DNA of 64,000 nucleotides from Sphyrna mokarran (Eukaryota). Both the position numbers and the translations under genes were made by a program. Location: positions 54,746,001 through 54,810,000 of the forward strand of contig JAGIQG010000003.1 in assembly GCA_024679065.1 (NCBI GenBank). The letters run 5' to 3'. This document shows positions 26,837 to 39,496 of the stretch, piece by piece. Below the pieces are notes generated by a model that was not told where the DNA came from, did no database searches, and was given only the letters and a program-made list of their open reading frames with translations. Every line of letters begins with the position of its first letter. The first letter of the stretch is position 1.

Positions 26837-28014
26837 ATCAAGGATGCCAGAGCTAACACAGAATGGAAGAACAGGTCTGATTTTCCTGTAGTGTGGCATC
26901 TTTTGACCGACTCCATTAGCTCTCAGTGATATGGTGAAGGTGAGAAGACACTTGGCACCTTAATGTCCAATGGAATACCTTTAACCAAAGAGATTAAAGG
27001 ATTAAGAATGAATCAGCGGGAGACTTGACAAGACGAATTAGATACAAAACAGGCGCAGAGAGAAATAGAAACGGGAGATTTCAAAGGAAAGATAAAGAAG
27101 TCAGTTACAAAAAAGTTTTTAAAATCTAAAGTAATTCATAATCTGAAGGAATGAGGGTGCCCATTTGTAATTGTTAATCTTCTAGACAAGATCAGTTTAT
27201 TAATTGACAGTCTTCAACAATTATCTCACCGATAACTACTCAATTGAGCTTTCTGTGGGGATAGTTGATGTGCAAATACAGCAACTGTATACAAATCATT
27301 GCGACATGCTACTTTCCATAAAGTTGAAGCGGATTCTGTGGAGGCCATTGACAGTTCTGCGGGTGAGCTCTGCTTGATGCCGAACAGCAGTTGGAGTCAT
27401 GATTACGAACAGCATGGGTCAGTTCAGTTCAGAGGCTCTTAATTTCTTTCTAGTAAAATCTGGTCAAATTTAACAGAGGAAAGATTAAGAGCAGAGTGCT
27501 CCGATCTGAGGGTGGAGTGGATGGCAATGCCCAGCAACGATATGTCTAATTAGATTGCTGAGCCTATACTGAACCAGTGTATTAGTGTTCAGGGTCCTGT
27601 ATGTATGAGGTTTTCTACTCGAACTGTGTGAGATCCCGCATTCATTTTCAGTTGTACTCCATGCTCGGTGCAAAAGCTCAATAAATATTAATAAAGCCAA
27701 AACACAGCCGGGGAGATCGGAATGTCTGACCACCATAACATATATTTTATTCATTGAGGGTAAGACGGAGAGGAAATGAATCGGATAAATCAGTGAAATG
27801 TCACTCCGGGAGTGCTTACCCAAAGAAACTAGTTCTGGTCATTGGTTTTAACCAGGGCGGAGTTATGATAATTGCGTTTGAACTTTTTCAGCCCGGGGTT
27901 TTCCACGCTAGCGAATCATGTAATGAGTGACTCGCGGATTTCTGTCAAGTCGCATCTTTCGGGAGAAGCTCATGCATCTGCAAGATGACAATTTGTACGA
28001 TAGCTTCAGTGCGA

Positions 28015-28515
28015 CATTGGTGGCACAGTGGTTAGCAGTGCTGCCTCACAGCACCTGGATTCAATTCCAGGCTTCACTAATGGTCTGTGCAGAGTCTGCA
28101 CGTTCTCCTCATGTCTGTGTGGGTTTCTTCCGGGTCCTCAGCTTTCTTTCCACAGTCCAAAGATATTTGATTTATTATTGTCACATGTATTAATATATAG
28201 TGAAAGGTATTGTTTCTTATGAGCTACACAGACAAAACATACCGTTCATAGAGAAGGAAACGAGACAGTGCAGAATGTATTGTTACAGTCATAGCTAGGG
28301 TATAGAGAAAGATCAACTTGGTGACAGGTAAGTCCATTCAAAAGTCTGACAGCAGCAGAGAAGAAACTATTCTTGAGTTGGTTAGGTGAATTGGCCATGC
28401 TAAATTCTCCCTCAGTGGGCCCGAGTAGGCACTGGAATATAGTGACTAGGGATTTTCACAATAACTTCATTGCAGTATTAATGTAAGCCTACTTGTGACA
28501 CTAATAAATCAACTT
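28015..28515 (+). mobile_element. V-SINE split by a Rex1-like LINE tail (about 28166-28380, minus strand)
   Basis: Head and V-domain run to cagtccaaagat and resume at gttaggtgaattggccatgctaaattctccc. The insert matches the 44961 LINE tail. Confidence 0.8.
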
Positions 28516-29120
28516 TAAATTGCAAAGTTTCCACTCATTGCAGATTTGACTCTTGTTCTTTGTCACTCAAATTAGGTTTTTTGGGAACCTGTACAAAATT
28601 CCAACTAATTGTTTGACAGTTCGTAGTGAAATGTCAAAACGTTTTGCTTCAGAATGATTTAAGCAGTATTAACTGTCAAAAGCCAAATACTTCATTTGTT
28701 GATTTGTTCACTATTCAGTGTGAACTTGCTGAAGGTGCTGAACTTGCATTACACTTGGCATCCTTGCTTTGAGTCTGCAGTTGCAGTTGGATGTATCAAG
28801 TGGCACATTTCAGTAAGGGTATCTCTGATGTACTGCCCCTCACTGAGGTTCACCAACTCAACAAAATGTCATCAGTTTTCAATGAAAGTCAGTGAGCACA
28901 TATAGTTGCTATTTTGGAGTCAAAATGGCACTCATAGTGCCACAAAACATGAGTGAAGAAAGCAAAGTATGTGTCGAAAGTTGTGTGAATGACACCTCAT
29001 CCTTGTCAATCGACCTGAGCTCAGGATTTGCAACCTATGGCAGTTACTCAGACAAAAATCTCCTCAATGAGCCTACTTGCGGAGAAAATGCTTTGGGTAC
29101 AATTGATCGCCATGTTTCTG

Positions 29121-29121
<1 letters not shown>

Positions 29122-29155
<34 letters not shown>
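29122..29155 (+). repeat. (TG)17 microsatellite
   Basis: Direct observation. Confidence 0.95.
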
Positions 29156-29156
<1 letters not shown>

Positions 29157-29749
29157 ACCTTGATGCTGGTGCTATTATGATTTTAAAGGAGCTCACTGAG
29201 ACCCCAAGAGCAGAATGCACTTCATTCCTGCTTGCCAGAGAGAATTAGATAGTGTGAACATGAATGAGGTTTGTTGGCTCGTATACACGTCAGAAACATG
29301 CAGGAATTACAGGATGTAATTGACTGCTCACTTCATTTTGTGTACATCAGTTGTCAACTGTGAGGTGAACCACAGCCAAAAGGTTGCTCAGATGCAGAAA
29401 ACCAGTGCAGGTCACTGTCTGATATCCTGGCAGCAGTCATGGCTACTGACATTCATCACTATAAAACTGGGATGTGTGTGATAAATAGTGGTTCAGATGC
29501 TTTTTATTTAGTAGATATATTTTTGATACATGACAGATCGAAGTTCACATTGTGCCTTCGAGTTTAATGTTTGCACGCAAAATGGGAATTTTGATGTTGG
29601 CTTATGGTTTGAGTGATGGGATAGGGCGGCATTCAGCGATGGGGCAGTGTGGGTCTGGGTAAGATGCTGAGTTGGTGTACACTCAATGAATCAAATAGCC
29701 TCCTTCTATGTCTTGATAAATATTTCCCCCCACGCTCTGAGCCAGCTTC

Positions 29750-30034
29750 AAGTGGTTGCCACTGCTGCCTGACAGCACCAGGGACCTGGATTTGATTGCG
29801 GCCTTGGAGTTTGTAAGTTCTCCCTGTGTCCACATGGGTTTTTCCTGGGTGCTCTGGTTTCCTTCCAGAAGTCTAAAAATGTACAGGTTATGTGGATTAC
29901 TCATGCTAAATTGTCCCTTATTGTCCCAAGATGCTAGATTAGGGGAATTAGTGGATTAAATCGTGGGGTTACGGGGACAGGGGCTAGGTAAGATGGTCTA
30001 TCAGAGAATTGGTGCAGACATGATGGACCGAATG
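29750..30034 (+). mobile_element. V-SINE abutting the satellite
   Basis: cagcaccagggacctgg head, V-domain and tail. Confidence 0.8.
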
Positions 30035-30077
30035 CTCAAAGCTTCACACCTCATTTTAAACACTGCTCAAAGAGACC

Positions 30078-31020
30078 ACAGTGTTTAAGATGAGGTGCGC
30101 TCTCTTTGAACAGTGTTTAAGATGAGGTGCGCTCTCTTTGAACAGTGTTTAAGATGAGGTGTTGTGCTTTGAGCATTGTTTAAGATGAGGTGTGGGTCTT
30201 TGAGCAGTGTTTAAGATGAGGTGTGATTTTTGAGCAGTGTTTAAGATGAGGTGCGCTCTCTTTGAACAGTGTTTAAGATGAGGTGTCGTGCTTTGAACAG
30301 TGTTTAAAATGAGTTGTGGTGTTTTGAGCAGTGTTTTAGATGAGGTGTGGTGTTTTGAGCAGTGTTTAAGATGAGGTGAGGGGCTTTGAGCAGTGTTCAA
30401 GAGGAGGTGTGGCCTCTTTGAGCAGTGTTTAAGATGATGTGCAGTGTTTTGAGCAGTGTTCAAGATGGTATTTCATTCTTTGAGCAGTATTCAAGATGAT
30501 GTGTGATGCTTTGAACAGTGTTTAAGATGAGGTGCTGGGCTTTGAACAGCGTTGAAGATGAAGTGTAGTGTTTTGAGCAGTGTTTAAGATGAGGTGTGGT
30601 GCTTTGAGCAGTGTTTAAAATGAGGTGTGGTGTTTTGAGCAGTGTTTTAGTTGAGGTTGGTGCTTTGAGCCTTCTTTAAAATGAGGAGCGATGTTTTGAG
30701 GGGTTTTTGAGATGAGGTCCTGCACTTTCAGCAGTGTTTAAAATGAAGTGTGATGCTTTGAGCAGTGATTAATATGAGGTGTGGTATTTTGAGCAGTGGT
30801 TAAGATGCAGTGAAATATTTTGAACAATGGTTAAGGTGAGATGAGATGCTTTGAACAGTGTTTAAGATGAGATGAGATGCTTTGAACAGTGTTTAAGATG
30901 AGGTGTGATGCTTTGAGCAGTGTTTAAGATGAAGTGCAATGTTCTGAGCAGTGTTTAAGATGAGGTATTTTGCTTTGAGCTGTGTTTTAGATCAGGTGTG
31001 GTGCTTTGAGCAGTGTTTAA
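30078..31020 (+). repeat. 31-bp tandem satellite, about 30 units (consensus TTTGAGCAGTGTTTAAGATGAGGTGTGGTGC)
   Basis: Direct 31-nt periodicity, e.g. 30301 and 30332. An inverted unit lies at about 30035-30072. Confidence 0.95.
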
Positions 31021-32500
31021 AATGGGCTGACAAGTGGCAAGTAATACTCATGTCACACAAAATACCAGGCAATGATCATCACCAATAAGAGATGCTGTAA
31101 TCACCGCCCCTTGACATTTTGGCTGAGTAACAGCAAAATAGACTTTTATTTAAATGGTAAAAAATTGCAGCATGATATTGTGCAGAAGGACCTAGGTATG
31201 CAGGAATTTCAAGGAGTTAGTTTGGGGATGCAGCCGGTAATTATGAAGGCAAATGGAATTTTGTCCTTCATTCCCAGAGGGATGGAGTTTAAAAACAGTG
31301 AGGTTATGTTGTAGATACATAAGGTGCTGGTGAGGCCACACCTGGAGTTCTATGTACAGTTTTGGTCTCCTTACTTGAGAAAGGATATGCTGGTACTGGA
31401 GAGGACACAGAGAAGATTCACTCAGTAGATTTTGGAGTTAGAGAGTTGGCTTATAAGAGAGACTGAGTAGATTGGGGTTAGACTCATTGGAATTCAGAAG
31501 AATGAGAGGAAATCTTATAAACATATAAAATTATGAAGGGAATAGATAAGATAGAAGAGGGAGGTTGTTTCCACTGGTGTGTGAAACTAGAACTAAGGGG
31601 TATAGCGTCAAAATAATGGGAAGCAGATTTAGGACTGAGTTGAAGAGGAACTTCTTCACACAAAGGATTGTGAATCTGTGTAAATCCTTGCCCAGTGAAG
31701 CATTGAGGTTACCTCATTGAATGTTTTTAAGGTAAGAATAGATACCTTATTCTTACCTTAAGGTTTTTGAAGATAAAGGAATTAAAAGTTATGGTGAGCG
31801 GGCAGATAAGTGGAGCTGAGTCCCACTTAGATCAGCCATGATCTTATTGAATGGTGGAGCAGGCTTGAGGACCAGATAACCTACTCCTGCTCCTAGTTCT
31901 TATGTTCTTATATTGACATCCAATGTTGTAACAATCACTGAATCCCCCGCTGTCAACATCCTTTGGGTTACCACTGACCAGAAACTCAAATAGACTCACC
32001 ACGTAAAGATAATGGTTACAAGAGCAGATTAGAAGCTGGAAATACTGTGGGGAGTAACTGACCTCCTGACTCGCCGGAGCCCTTCCATCATCTACAAGGT
32101 ATAGATCAGGAGTGTGGTGGAATAAATGAGCGCAGCTCCAACAACACTCAAGAAGCCTGACACCATCCAGGACAAAGCAGCTCACTTGATTGGCACCATA
32201 TCTGCAAACATTGACATTCAGTAGCAGCAGTGTTTATTATCTTTAAGATACACTGTAGCAGTTCACCAAAGATCCTTAGACAGCATCTACCAATGCAGAA
32301 GGACACAACAGCAGATAAATGAGAACACTACCACTTGCAAGTTCCCCTCCAAGCCACTCACCATCCTGAGTTGGAAATATATCCCCGTTCCTTTGCAATC
32401 ACTAGGTCAAAATCCTAGAATTCCATGGCATTGTGATTCCACCCACTGCACATGGACTGCAGGGGTTCAAGAAGGTAGCTCACCACCACCTTGACAAGAG
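31021..32500 (+). mobile_element. 5'-truncated LINE (CR1/L2 group); its 3' tail continues at 44760-44831
   Basis: RT C-terminal remnant WADKWQVILMSHK, interrupted by a CR1 copy at 31118-31912. Tail ...ctcaccaccacc resumes after the provirus as aaggcaactag...gaataaataataaaa. Confidence 0.75.
31118..31912 (+). mobile_element. CR1 LINE 3' fragment nested in a LINE
   Basis: KANGILSFI, LVRPHLE motifs and a tcttatgttctta tail. Flanked by TTGACAT direct repeats (31111-31117 and 31913-31919). Confidence 0.85.
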
Positions 32501-33299
32501 TGTTGCTGTGCCTGTCGCACAGTTTGTTTTAACCTTTAAACGGTGGACAAAGAATTGTGAATAGACTTTATATTAATGCAACAATATTTATTTACACACA
32601 ATTATTAATCACCCACCCAATCAACAATAAGTTATATAGAATATCAAAGGTCAATTCCAATACTAGATCTTGACTTAACTTTTGCGTGATTGGCCAGTAC
32701 CCTAGCAGATATTGGCCTTTGCCTGTGAGCTGGTCTCTGTAGTTCTCTGTGCAGTCTGGTCCTTTGGTCTAGTCTGGTACTTTGGCTTTGGTCTTCCTTC
32801 CTTTTTGGCCAGGGTGGCTCTCTTTGTGCTAATCATTGCTGGCGGTGATCACCATTGTTGTCATTTGGTCAGGAAGAGAGTGAGAGAGATTCTTGCATTG
32901 AACAGCATCCATTATACCTCGTTGGTTTTCGTGTCCTTTTGACCATTGCCAATCAATCAATCAGGACTCAATCATCCTGATTGATAGAGTCCAATCAGGT
33001 ACTGCCACACTGATCTCAGGATTGTACCCCACAGCCATGCCTATAAGTGCTGGAGACGAATAGGTCACATATCTTCCTTCCAGATAAGGGGTTAAGGTGC
33101 CCCTATGTCAGTTAAACAAGCCAGTTTGACCGGAAAATATTTTTTGCCCTAGAGATTCTGTACATTCCAGCTCTTGCAGCTGTAGCCTGTTTGTCTCTGT
33201 CCAATTTATTTTGAGGCTTCAGTCTATCTGTTTCAGCACTTGTCCAATTATCCCAGCATGTCTTGCAAACCACCATTTTTGGTGACCCATTTGGCCACA
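32501..33299 (-). repeat. 3' LTR of the provirus
   Basis: tgttgctgtgcctgtcgcacag...tttggccaca. Minus-strand AATAAA at 32587-32592. Preceded on the minus strand by purine-rich AGGAGGAAC (33300-33308). Confidence 0.9.
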
Positions 33300-33599
33300 G
33301 TTCCTCCTGAACCCGAAGCATGATGGATTACAGACTCAGGATCAATACCTGTCTGGAATTCCCCAGGCACTCAACAGTCAGGTAAGGCCCAGGCATTGGC
33401 ATGCAAAGTAACAACACATTCCTACAACACATTTACAATTCAGAAGCTACAGACAGCAACATTCTACAGATACAAACAACCGCATATTCTAAAATACCAT
33501 CATTGCAACAAGCCAATTACAAACAAAATGTTCAAAGAAATATTACAATATTCACAAATCCATTTTGATATTAGGATTTCTAATCATCCATCGTGCAAA

Positions 33600-35560
33600 T
33601 AGCAATCCAGCAGGTTTCTTATAAACATTGCTGAACTGAATTAGGGGGGACTGTGATTTGAGGGTGAACCCTATGTCCTGCCTCTGGATGATCCTCTTTT
33701 TCCATCAGCTGAATTGGACTATGAGGATGATTTGATATACCAGGATGAACAAAATTAGTAATACTGCCATGTGTGATATTAAAGAATGAATAGATTTGGA
33801 TGTTTGAACCCCAGTTCCAAAGATCATTCCATTATGAGGTGGCCTTAACGTCTTTAATTTTCCTTTTCACTTTTTGGGTCTGCTTTATTACTTCGGTGAA
33901 GGTTTAGTGAAGGGTTGTAGCCAATTTAATCTGAATCTCCTCCAGTAGGGGTTTTAGGTTTGTGCCATATTTTTCATGGTACTCTTTGGCAGTGGTGTTT
34001 AAATCTACCCTTCCCTTTTGTGAATGTCTATTAGCTGAATGAGACCCACTCTGGCTGGTATGTCTGGTTTGATGCAGAATGTAGTGTTTGTAATGTCACA
34101 CTGTGTCACGAAATACATATTGTTTCAAGGAGGTAATGACAATATTTCCCTGCTCCTTTGTAAGCCATTGAGTTATATCTGTGTCCAGGTAATGAGTTTC
34201 CACTGAGCAATTTAGGCTATGTTTGTTCTGGAGCCACAGATGCTCATTTATGTAAACTGGGTATGGGCATGCAATTATTCATCAGTTTGCTGATATCTGT
34301 CCAGAGTAGTGCCTAAGAGTCTCCCTTCTTTCTCCATTGCGTACAGTAAAGTGCCATCTCATCCTATCCAGATATCCTCATGAGTAGTCCCTATATTTTC
34401 CATTTCAAAGACCCTCAGTCTGACCCGGTCATCAGTGATTATGGAGAGCCATAATATCATTCCCAGGGCTTTCCCTGGAGTCCCTTTGCAGTCGTCATTG
34501 AACCAGACTTTGGTTAACTGTCACATCTGACAGCCAGATAACTTGGGTTGTTTCTTATCCATAAATAAATAGTTCCACCTGTTCATCACTAATCCACGAT
34601 TAGTGACCACTGCTTATCTGCTCTAGGTTTTTTCCTTAGCTGCTCTATCATCCATATGCACTACATAAAGTGTGTTGTCAGTCATCATCCTCCAATTTTT
34701 CCCTAATAATTTGATTGAATGTTTTGGTGTGTTGTTTTAACACAGTGACCATGTAGCTGCCGGCTGCGTTTCCAGTCAATTCACCTTCAGCATCTTCCTG
34801 ATCATTCTCATTAATGTAATTTAGTGTCTGTTTAACCTGTTGGATCCTCAGGATCCTCAGTTTATTGCCCAGGTCGGCTAAATCAAGGGTGTTGATGGTT
34901 GCTACCTCTACCCTGTATGCTGTGGCCATGTTGTTAACTAATACTCCCTCGGATTTTTCCTATCTTTCATCCATTCCTATCTTTCATCCTAGCAGTTTGT
35001 GAATCAGGTGGCGGTATAATCTCTTAAGTTGGGGAGAGCACCATTCTGGCAGTTAGATCCCAGCTATATTCACCACCACAGGTACCAATTCATGGTGGAT
35101 GTTGTCTTATAGGGTTTTCCTTGTGTGCTTTAGTTTAGTGGTCCATGGGTAGCTTCAGGACAAATAGAGTGGGATGGTTTTGGAGTTGGCTTCTGCCTAT
35201 TTCTTATTTCATACAAATCAAAATATTCCTCTATGAGTGTTCCAGGGAACTGCTGCCTGAGCTCTAACCCTTTTTCTGGACTATTAGCCAGACATCCAAT
35301 TGCAAGGCATCCATTATTTGAAAATCTCCACCAATCCCCTGCTATGGTGACACTCAGATCACATTCAGTAGAACTGCCATTTGGTTTTTGTATATCAGCC
35401 GCTGGTTGTTGCACCCAAACATTATATTTTTATCATGATGCACACATAATGCACCATCCTCACATTCCCCCATGTCAGATGGGGCAAACCATAAATAGTT
35501 GGGATACAAAAAGTTCATCTTGTTTGGGCTGCCCTGCACGCTTATCCTGATATAAGTCCG
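33600..35560 (-). pseudogene. env-like fusion glycoprotein remnant
   Basis: HELVPVVVNIAGI*LPEWC near 35100. Fusion-peptide/heptad-like MATAYRVEVATINTLDLADLGNKLRILRIQQVKQTL at 34678-34929. A Cys-containing ectodomain (CDITNTTFCIKP) and WNDLWNWG precede a TM helix ISHMAVLLILFILVYQIILIVQF (~33710-33779) and a basic tail WKKR. Confidence 0.7.
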
Positions 35561-36017
35561 ATCAGGTAGATCCTAAGTTACATCATTTGTCGTTGTCCGT
35601 CGTTGTCCTGAGGAAATCAATGTAATTTTTGCTGTTATCGCATCTAATATTTGATGTATATACATGTATTACTACCCTTGCACCCCCTACCCCGTATTTT
35701 AAAACTATCGACAGTGTCACTTGTGTTTGTTGTTTTTTTCCTCCAATTGTGAATCACTGCCAAGCAAACGTTTGTTCAGACCAATAAATGTACAAGCTGT
35801 AGAGTGGTCGGAAAAGAGCTTATTTAAACTGGCCAACAAAATCAAGGCAGCCTGTTTTGCTTTAGCAGCAGTCACCATTGACCGTTGGGATTCAAATAGC
35901 ATTGGATTTGTTCAGTCATCACCCAAAGAGCTTAGTATCGGTACATCCTATGGGACATGGGTTAGATAAGGTGTCCATTCCATGAGTGTCTTGGGATTCA
36001 AAGGCAGAATTCTATAA

Positions 36018-36105
36018 ATTTAAAATGTAGCACAGTCACCGCAATGATTTTAAAATTTAGCACAGTTGCCTCGATGATTTTAAAATTTAGTATTGTTGCC
36101 TTGAA
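36018..36105 (+). repeat. 30-bp imperfect tandem repeat x3 inside the provirus
   Basis: tttaaaatgtagcacagtcaccgcaatgat / tttaaaatttagcacagttgcctcgatgat / tttaaaatttagtattgttgcc. Confidence 0.85.
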
Positions 36106-36388
36106 GTTCTGTGTTAATTGACGAAAGTTGGCCAAAGATCATGGTGTTGAACTATGTAGATAACCCAGTTAATTGTCTTAGCATTATACAGACGACATGG
36201 GAATGATTTGGTTTCATTTAACTGTGGACGTTTTAATGTCAGTCGGTCACAGTGAACCTGCAGGTTGAGAGATTCTGAGAGGGTGTTTCTGTCAGAGATT
36301 CTTGTATCTTGCATTGGTCTGCATTGTAGGCTGAATTTCATCATTCGGAACATCTTAGATTTTATCATTCAGCACTTTTGTTAACAAA

Positions 36389-38287
36389 TTGCCCGACAGA
36401 ATGTGCTTTGAAGAGTATAGGAGGTGTCGGATTAGAGTTAAGAGAAAAATCAGGAGGGCAAAAAGAGGATACAAGATTGTCTTGGCTGATAAAGCAAAGG
36501 AGAATCCAAAGAGCATCTACAAATACATAAATGCCAAAAGAGTAACTAGGGAGAGATCACGGCCTCTTATGGATCAACAAGATCATCTATGTGCAGATCC
36601 ACAAGAGATTGTTGACATCCTAAATGAATATTTCTCATTGATATTTAGTGTTGAGAAAAGCATGGATATTATGGAACTTGGTGAAGTAAATAAGGATGTC
36701 TTGAGGAGTGTTATAGAGAAGGAGGTGCTGGAAGTCTTAAAGCGCATCAAGGTAGATAAATCTGCAGGACCTGATGAAATGTATCCCAGGACATTGTGAA
36801 AGACTAGGGAGGAAATTGCGGGAGCCCTGGCAGAGATATTTGAATCATTGTTATTCTCAGGTGAGGTGCCTGAAGATTGGAGGGTGGCAAATGTTGTGCC
36901 TTTGTTTAAAAAAGGTTGCAAGGAAAAACCTGGGAACTACAGGCCAGTGAGCCTCAGATCTGTGATGGGTAAATTGTTGGAAGATATTTTGAGAGGCAGG
37001 ATCCACAGCATTTAGAGATGCAAGGACTGATTATGGACAGTCAGCATGGCTTTATGAGTGAAAAATCATGTCTCACAAATTTGATTGAATTTTTTGAAGG
37101 GGTAACTAAAAAGGTAGATGAAAGTAGTGCTGTTGATGTTGTCTACAAGGACTTTAGCGATGCCTTTGACAAGGCACCGTATGGTAGATTGTTGCATAAG
37201 ATTAAATCTCACGGATCCAGGGTGAGGTAGCCAAATGGATACAAAATTGGCTTGACACAGAAGTCAGAAGGTGATTGTAGGAGATCTGTGACCAGTAGTG
37301 TGCCTCAGGGATCAGTGCTGGATCCACTGTTATTTGTCATTTATATTAATAATTTGGATGAGAATACAGGAAGCATGGTTAGTAAGTTTGCAGATGACAC
37401 CAAAATTGAAGGTATAATGGAGAGTGAAGAAGGTTATCTCATATTGCAACAGGATCTCGATCAATTGGGCTAGTGGGCTGATGAATGGTAAACGGTGTCT
37501 AATTTAGATAAATACAAGGTGATGCATTTTGGTGGATCGAACCAGGGCAGGACTTACTCAGTTAATGTTAGGGATTTGGGGAGAGTTATAGAACAAAGAT
37601 CTAGAGATTCAGGTTCATTGCTCCTTGAAATTGGAGTCACAGATGGACAGAATGGTGAAGGTGTTCAGCATGCTTGGTTTCATTGGTCAGAACATCGAAT
37701 ACAGGAGTTGGGACATCTCGCTGAAGTTGTACAAGACATTGATAAGGCCACACTTAGAATACTGTGTCTGGTTCTGGTCACCCTATTATAGAAAGTATGA
37801 TATTAAACTAGAAAGAATGCAGAAGATATTTATTAGGATGCTACCAGACTTGATGGTTTGAATTATAAGAGAGGCTGGACAGACTGGGACTTTTTTCTCT
37901 GGAGTGTAGAAGATTGAGGGGTGATCTTATAGAAGTCTATAAAATAATGATGAACATAGATCAACTAGATAGTCAATATTTTTTTCTCAATTGTAGAGGA
38001 GTCCAGAACTAGAGGGTATAGATTTAAGATAAGAGAGGAGAGATTTTAAAGTCTCCAGAGGGGCAATTATTTCATGGAGAGAGTGGTGAATGTCTGGAAC
38101 AAGCTGCCAAAGCTGGATACAATTTTGTCTTTTAAGAAGCATTTAGACAGTTACATGGGTAATATGGATATAGAGGGATATGTGTCAACTGTGGGCAATT
38201 GGGATTAGCTAGGAGTTGAAAAAAAGTGTGGCATGGACAAGTTGGGCTGAAGGGCCTGTTTCCATGCTGTACTCCTCTATGACTCTA
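36389..38287 (+). mobile_element. CR1 LINE ORF2 3' fragment inside the provirus
   Basis: KSAGPDEMYPR, QHGF, SCLTNLIEFF, DFSDAFDK, VPQGSVL, KFADDTK and LIRPHLEYC motifs; ctctatgactct tail. Confidence 0.95.
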
Positions 38288-38478
38288 ACAGAGACTCTCC
38301 TTTAAATCATTTGTCTCATGGGGCATCATTACATCCTCTCCTGGCTTCTGTCACCTGTGTCTGTTCATTGGACTGCACTGTTGAGTTTGGTTCTGGGTTC
38401 GAGGGTCCTTTCTCCTCATCTCCTATTCTAATCAATCTATGTGTCTGGCCTCTTACCCAGGTGGGGGAATCGGCATCA

Positions 38479-39247
38479 TAAGAATATAAGAACATAAGAA
38501 ATAGGAGCAGGAATAAGCCATCTGGCCCCTCGAGCCTGTTCCGTCATTCAATAAGATGGTGACAGATCTTTTTGTGGACTCAGCTTCACTTACCTGCCCA
38601 TTCACCATAACCCTTAATTCCTTTACTGTTCAAAAATGTATCTACCTTTCCTTAAAAACATTGATTAGATAGCCTCAACTGCTTCACTGGGCAGGAATTC
38701 CACAGATTCACAACCCTTTGTGTGAAAAAGTTCCTCCTCAACTCAGTCTGCTCCCCCTTATTTTGAGGCTAAAAACCCTAGTTTTAGTTTCACCCGCTAG
38801 TGGAAACAACTTCCCTGCTTCTATCTTATCTATTCTCTTCGTAGTCTTATAAGATTGCCCCTCATTCTTCTGAATTTCAATGAGTATAGCCGCAGTCTAC
38901 TCAGTTTGCCCTCTCAACTCTGGAACCAGCCATGTGAATCTCTCTGCACCCCTTCCAGTGCCAGTATATCCTTTCTCAAGTAAGAAGACCAAAACTGCAT
39001 ACAGTACTCCAGCTGTGGCCTCACCAACACCTTATACAGCTCCAACATAATCTCACTGTTTTTAAACTGCATTACTCTAGCAATGAAGGACAAAACTCCA
39101 TTTGTCTTCTTAGTTACCTGCTACACCTGCAAACGAACTCCTTGAGATTCCTGCACAAGGACACCCAGGCAGCTCTGCACAGCAGCATGCTGCAATTTTT
39201 TACCATTTAAATAATAATCCATTTTGCTGTTATTCCTACCAAAATGG
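38479..39247 (-). mobile_element. CR1 LINE 3' fragment inside the provirus
   Basis: taagaacataagaa tail; the reverse strand resembles the 31118-31912 family. Confidence 0.85.
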
Positions 39248-39496
39248 TTGATTTGGTAGGGCTTCTTCAGGTGTACTCATCAAAATATCCCGGTGTTGTT
39301 TAGTCAGGGCCTCATTGTTTGTTCTGAGGCTAGTAAGGCTTATGTTTATGGGGGAATCCATAATGTTGTGAGGGCTGATATCTAGCAAGTCACCCCAATC
39401 CTCTAGTCATGTCCAGGTCGATCAGTACCCCTAGGGACAGTTCAGGTGTGGGGGAAGCTTTTGGCTGTATCGTGATAGAGGTAAGGGTCTGGTTTA

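Noticed and set aside
30078-31020. Possible CRISPR array or repeat-protein ORF (30149-30463)
   Set aside because: Head-to-tail 31-bp units with no unique spacers, and a unit length not divisible by 3; it is a satellite.
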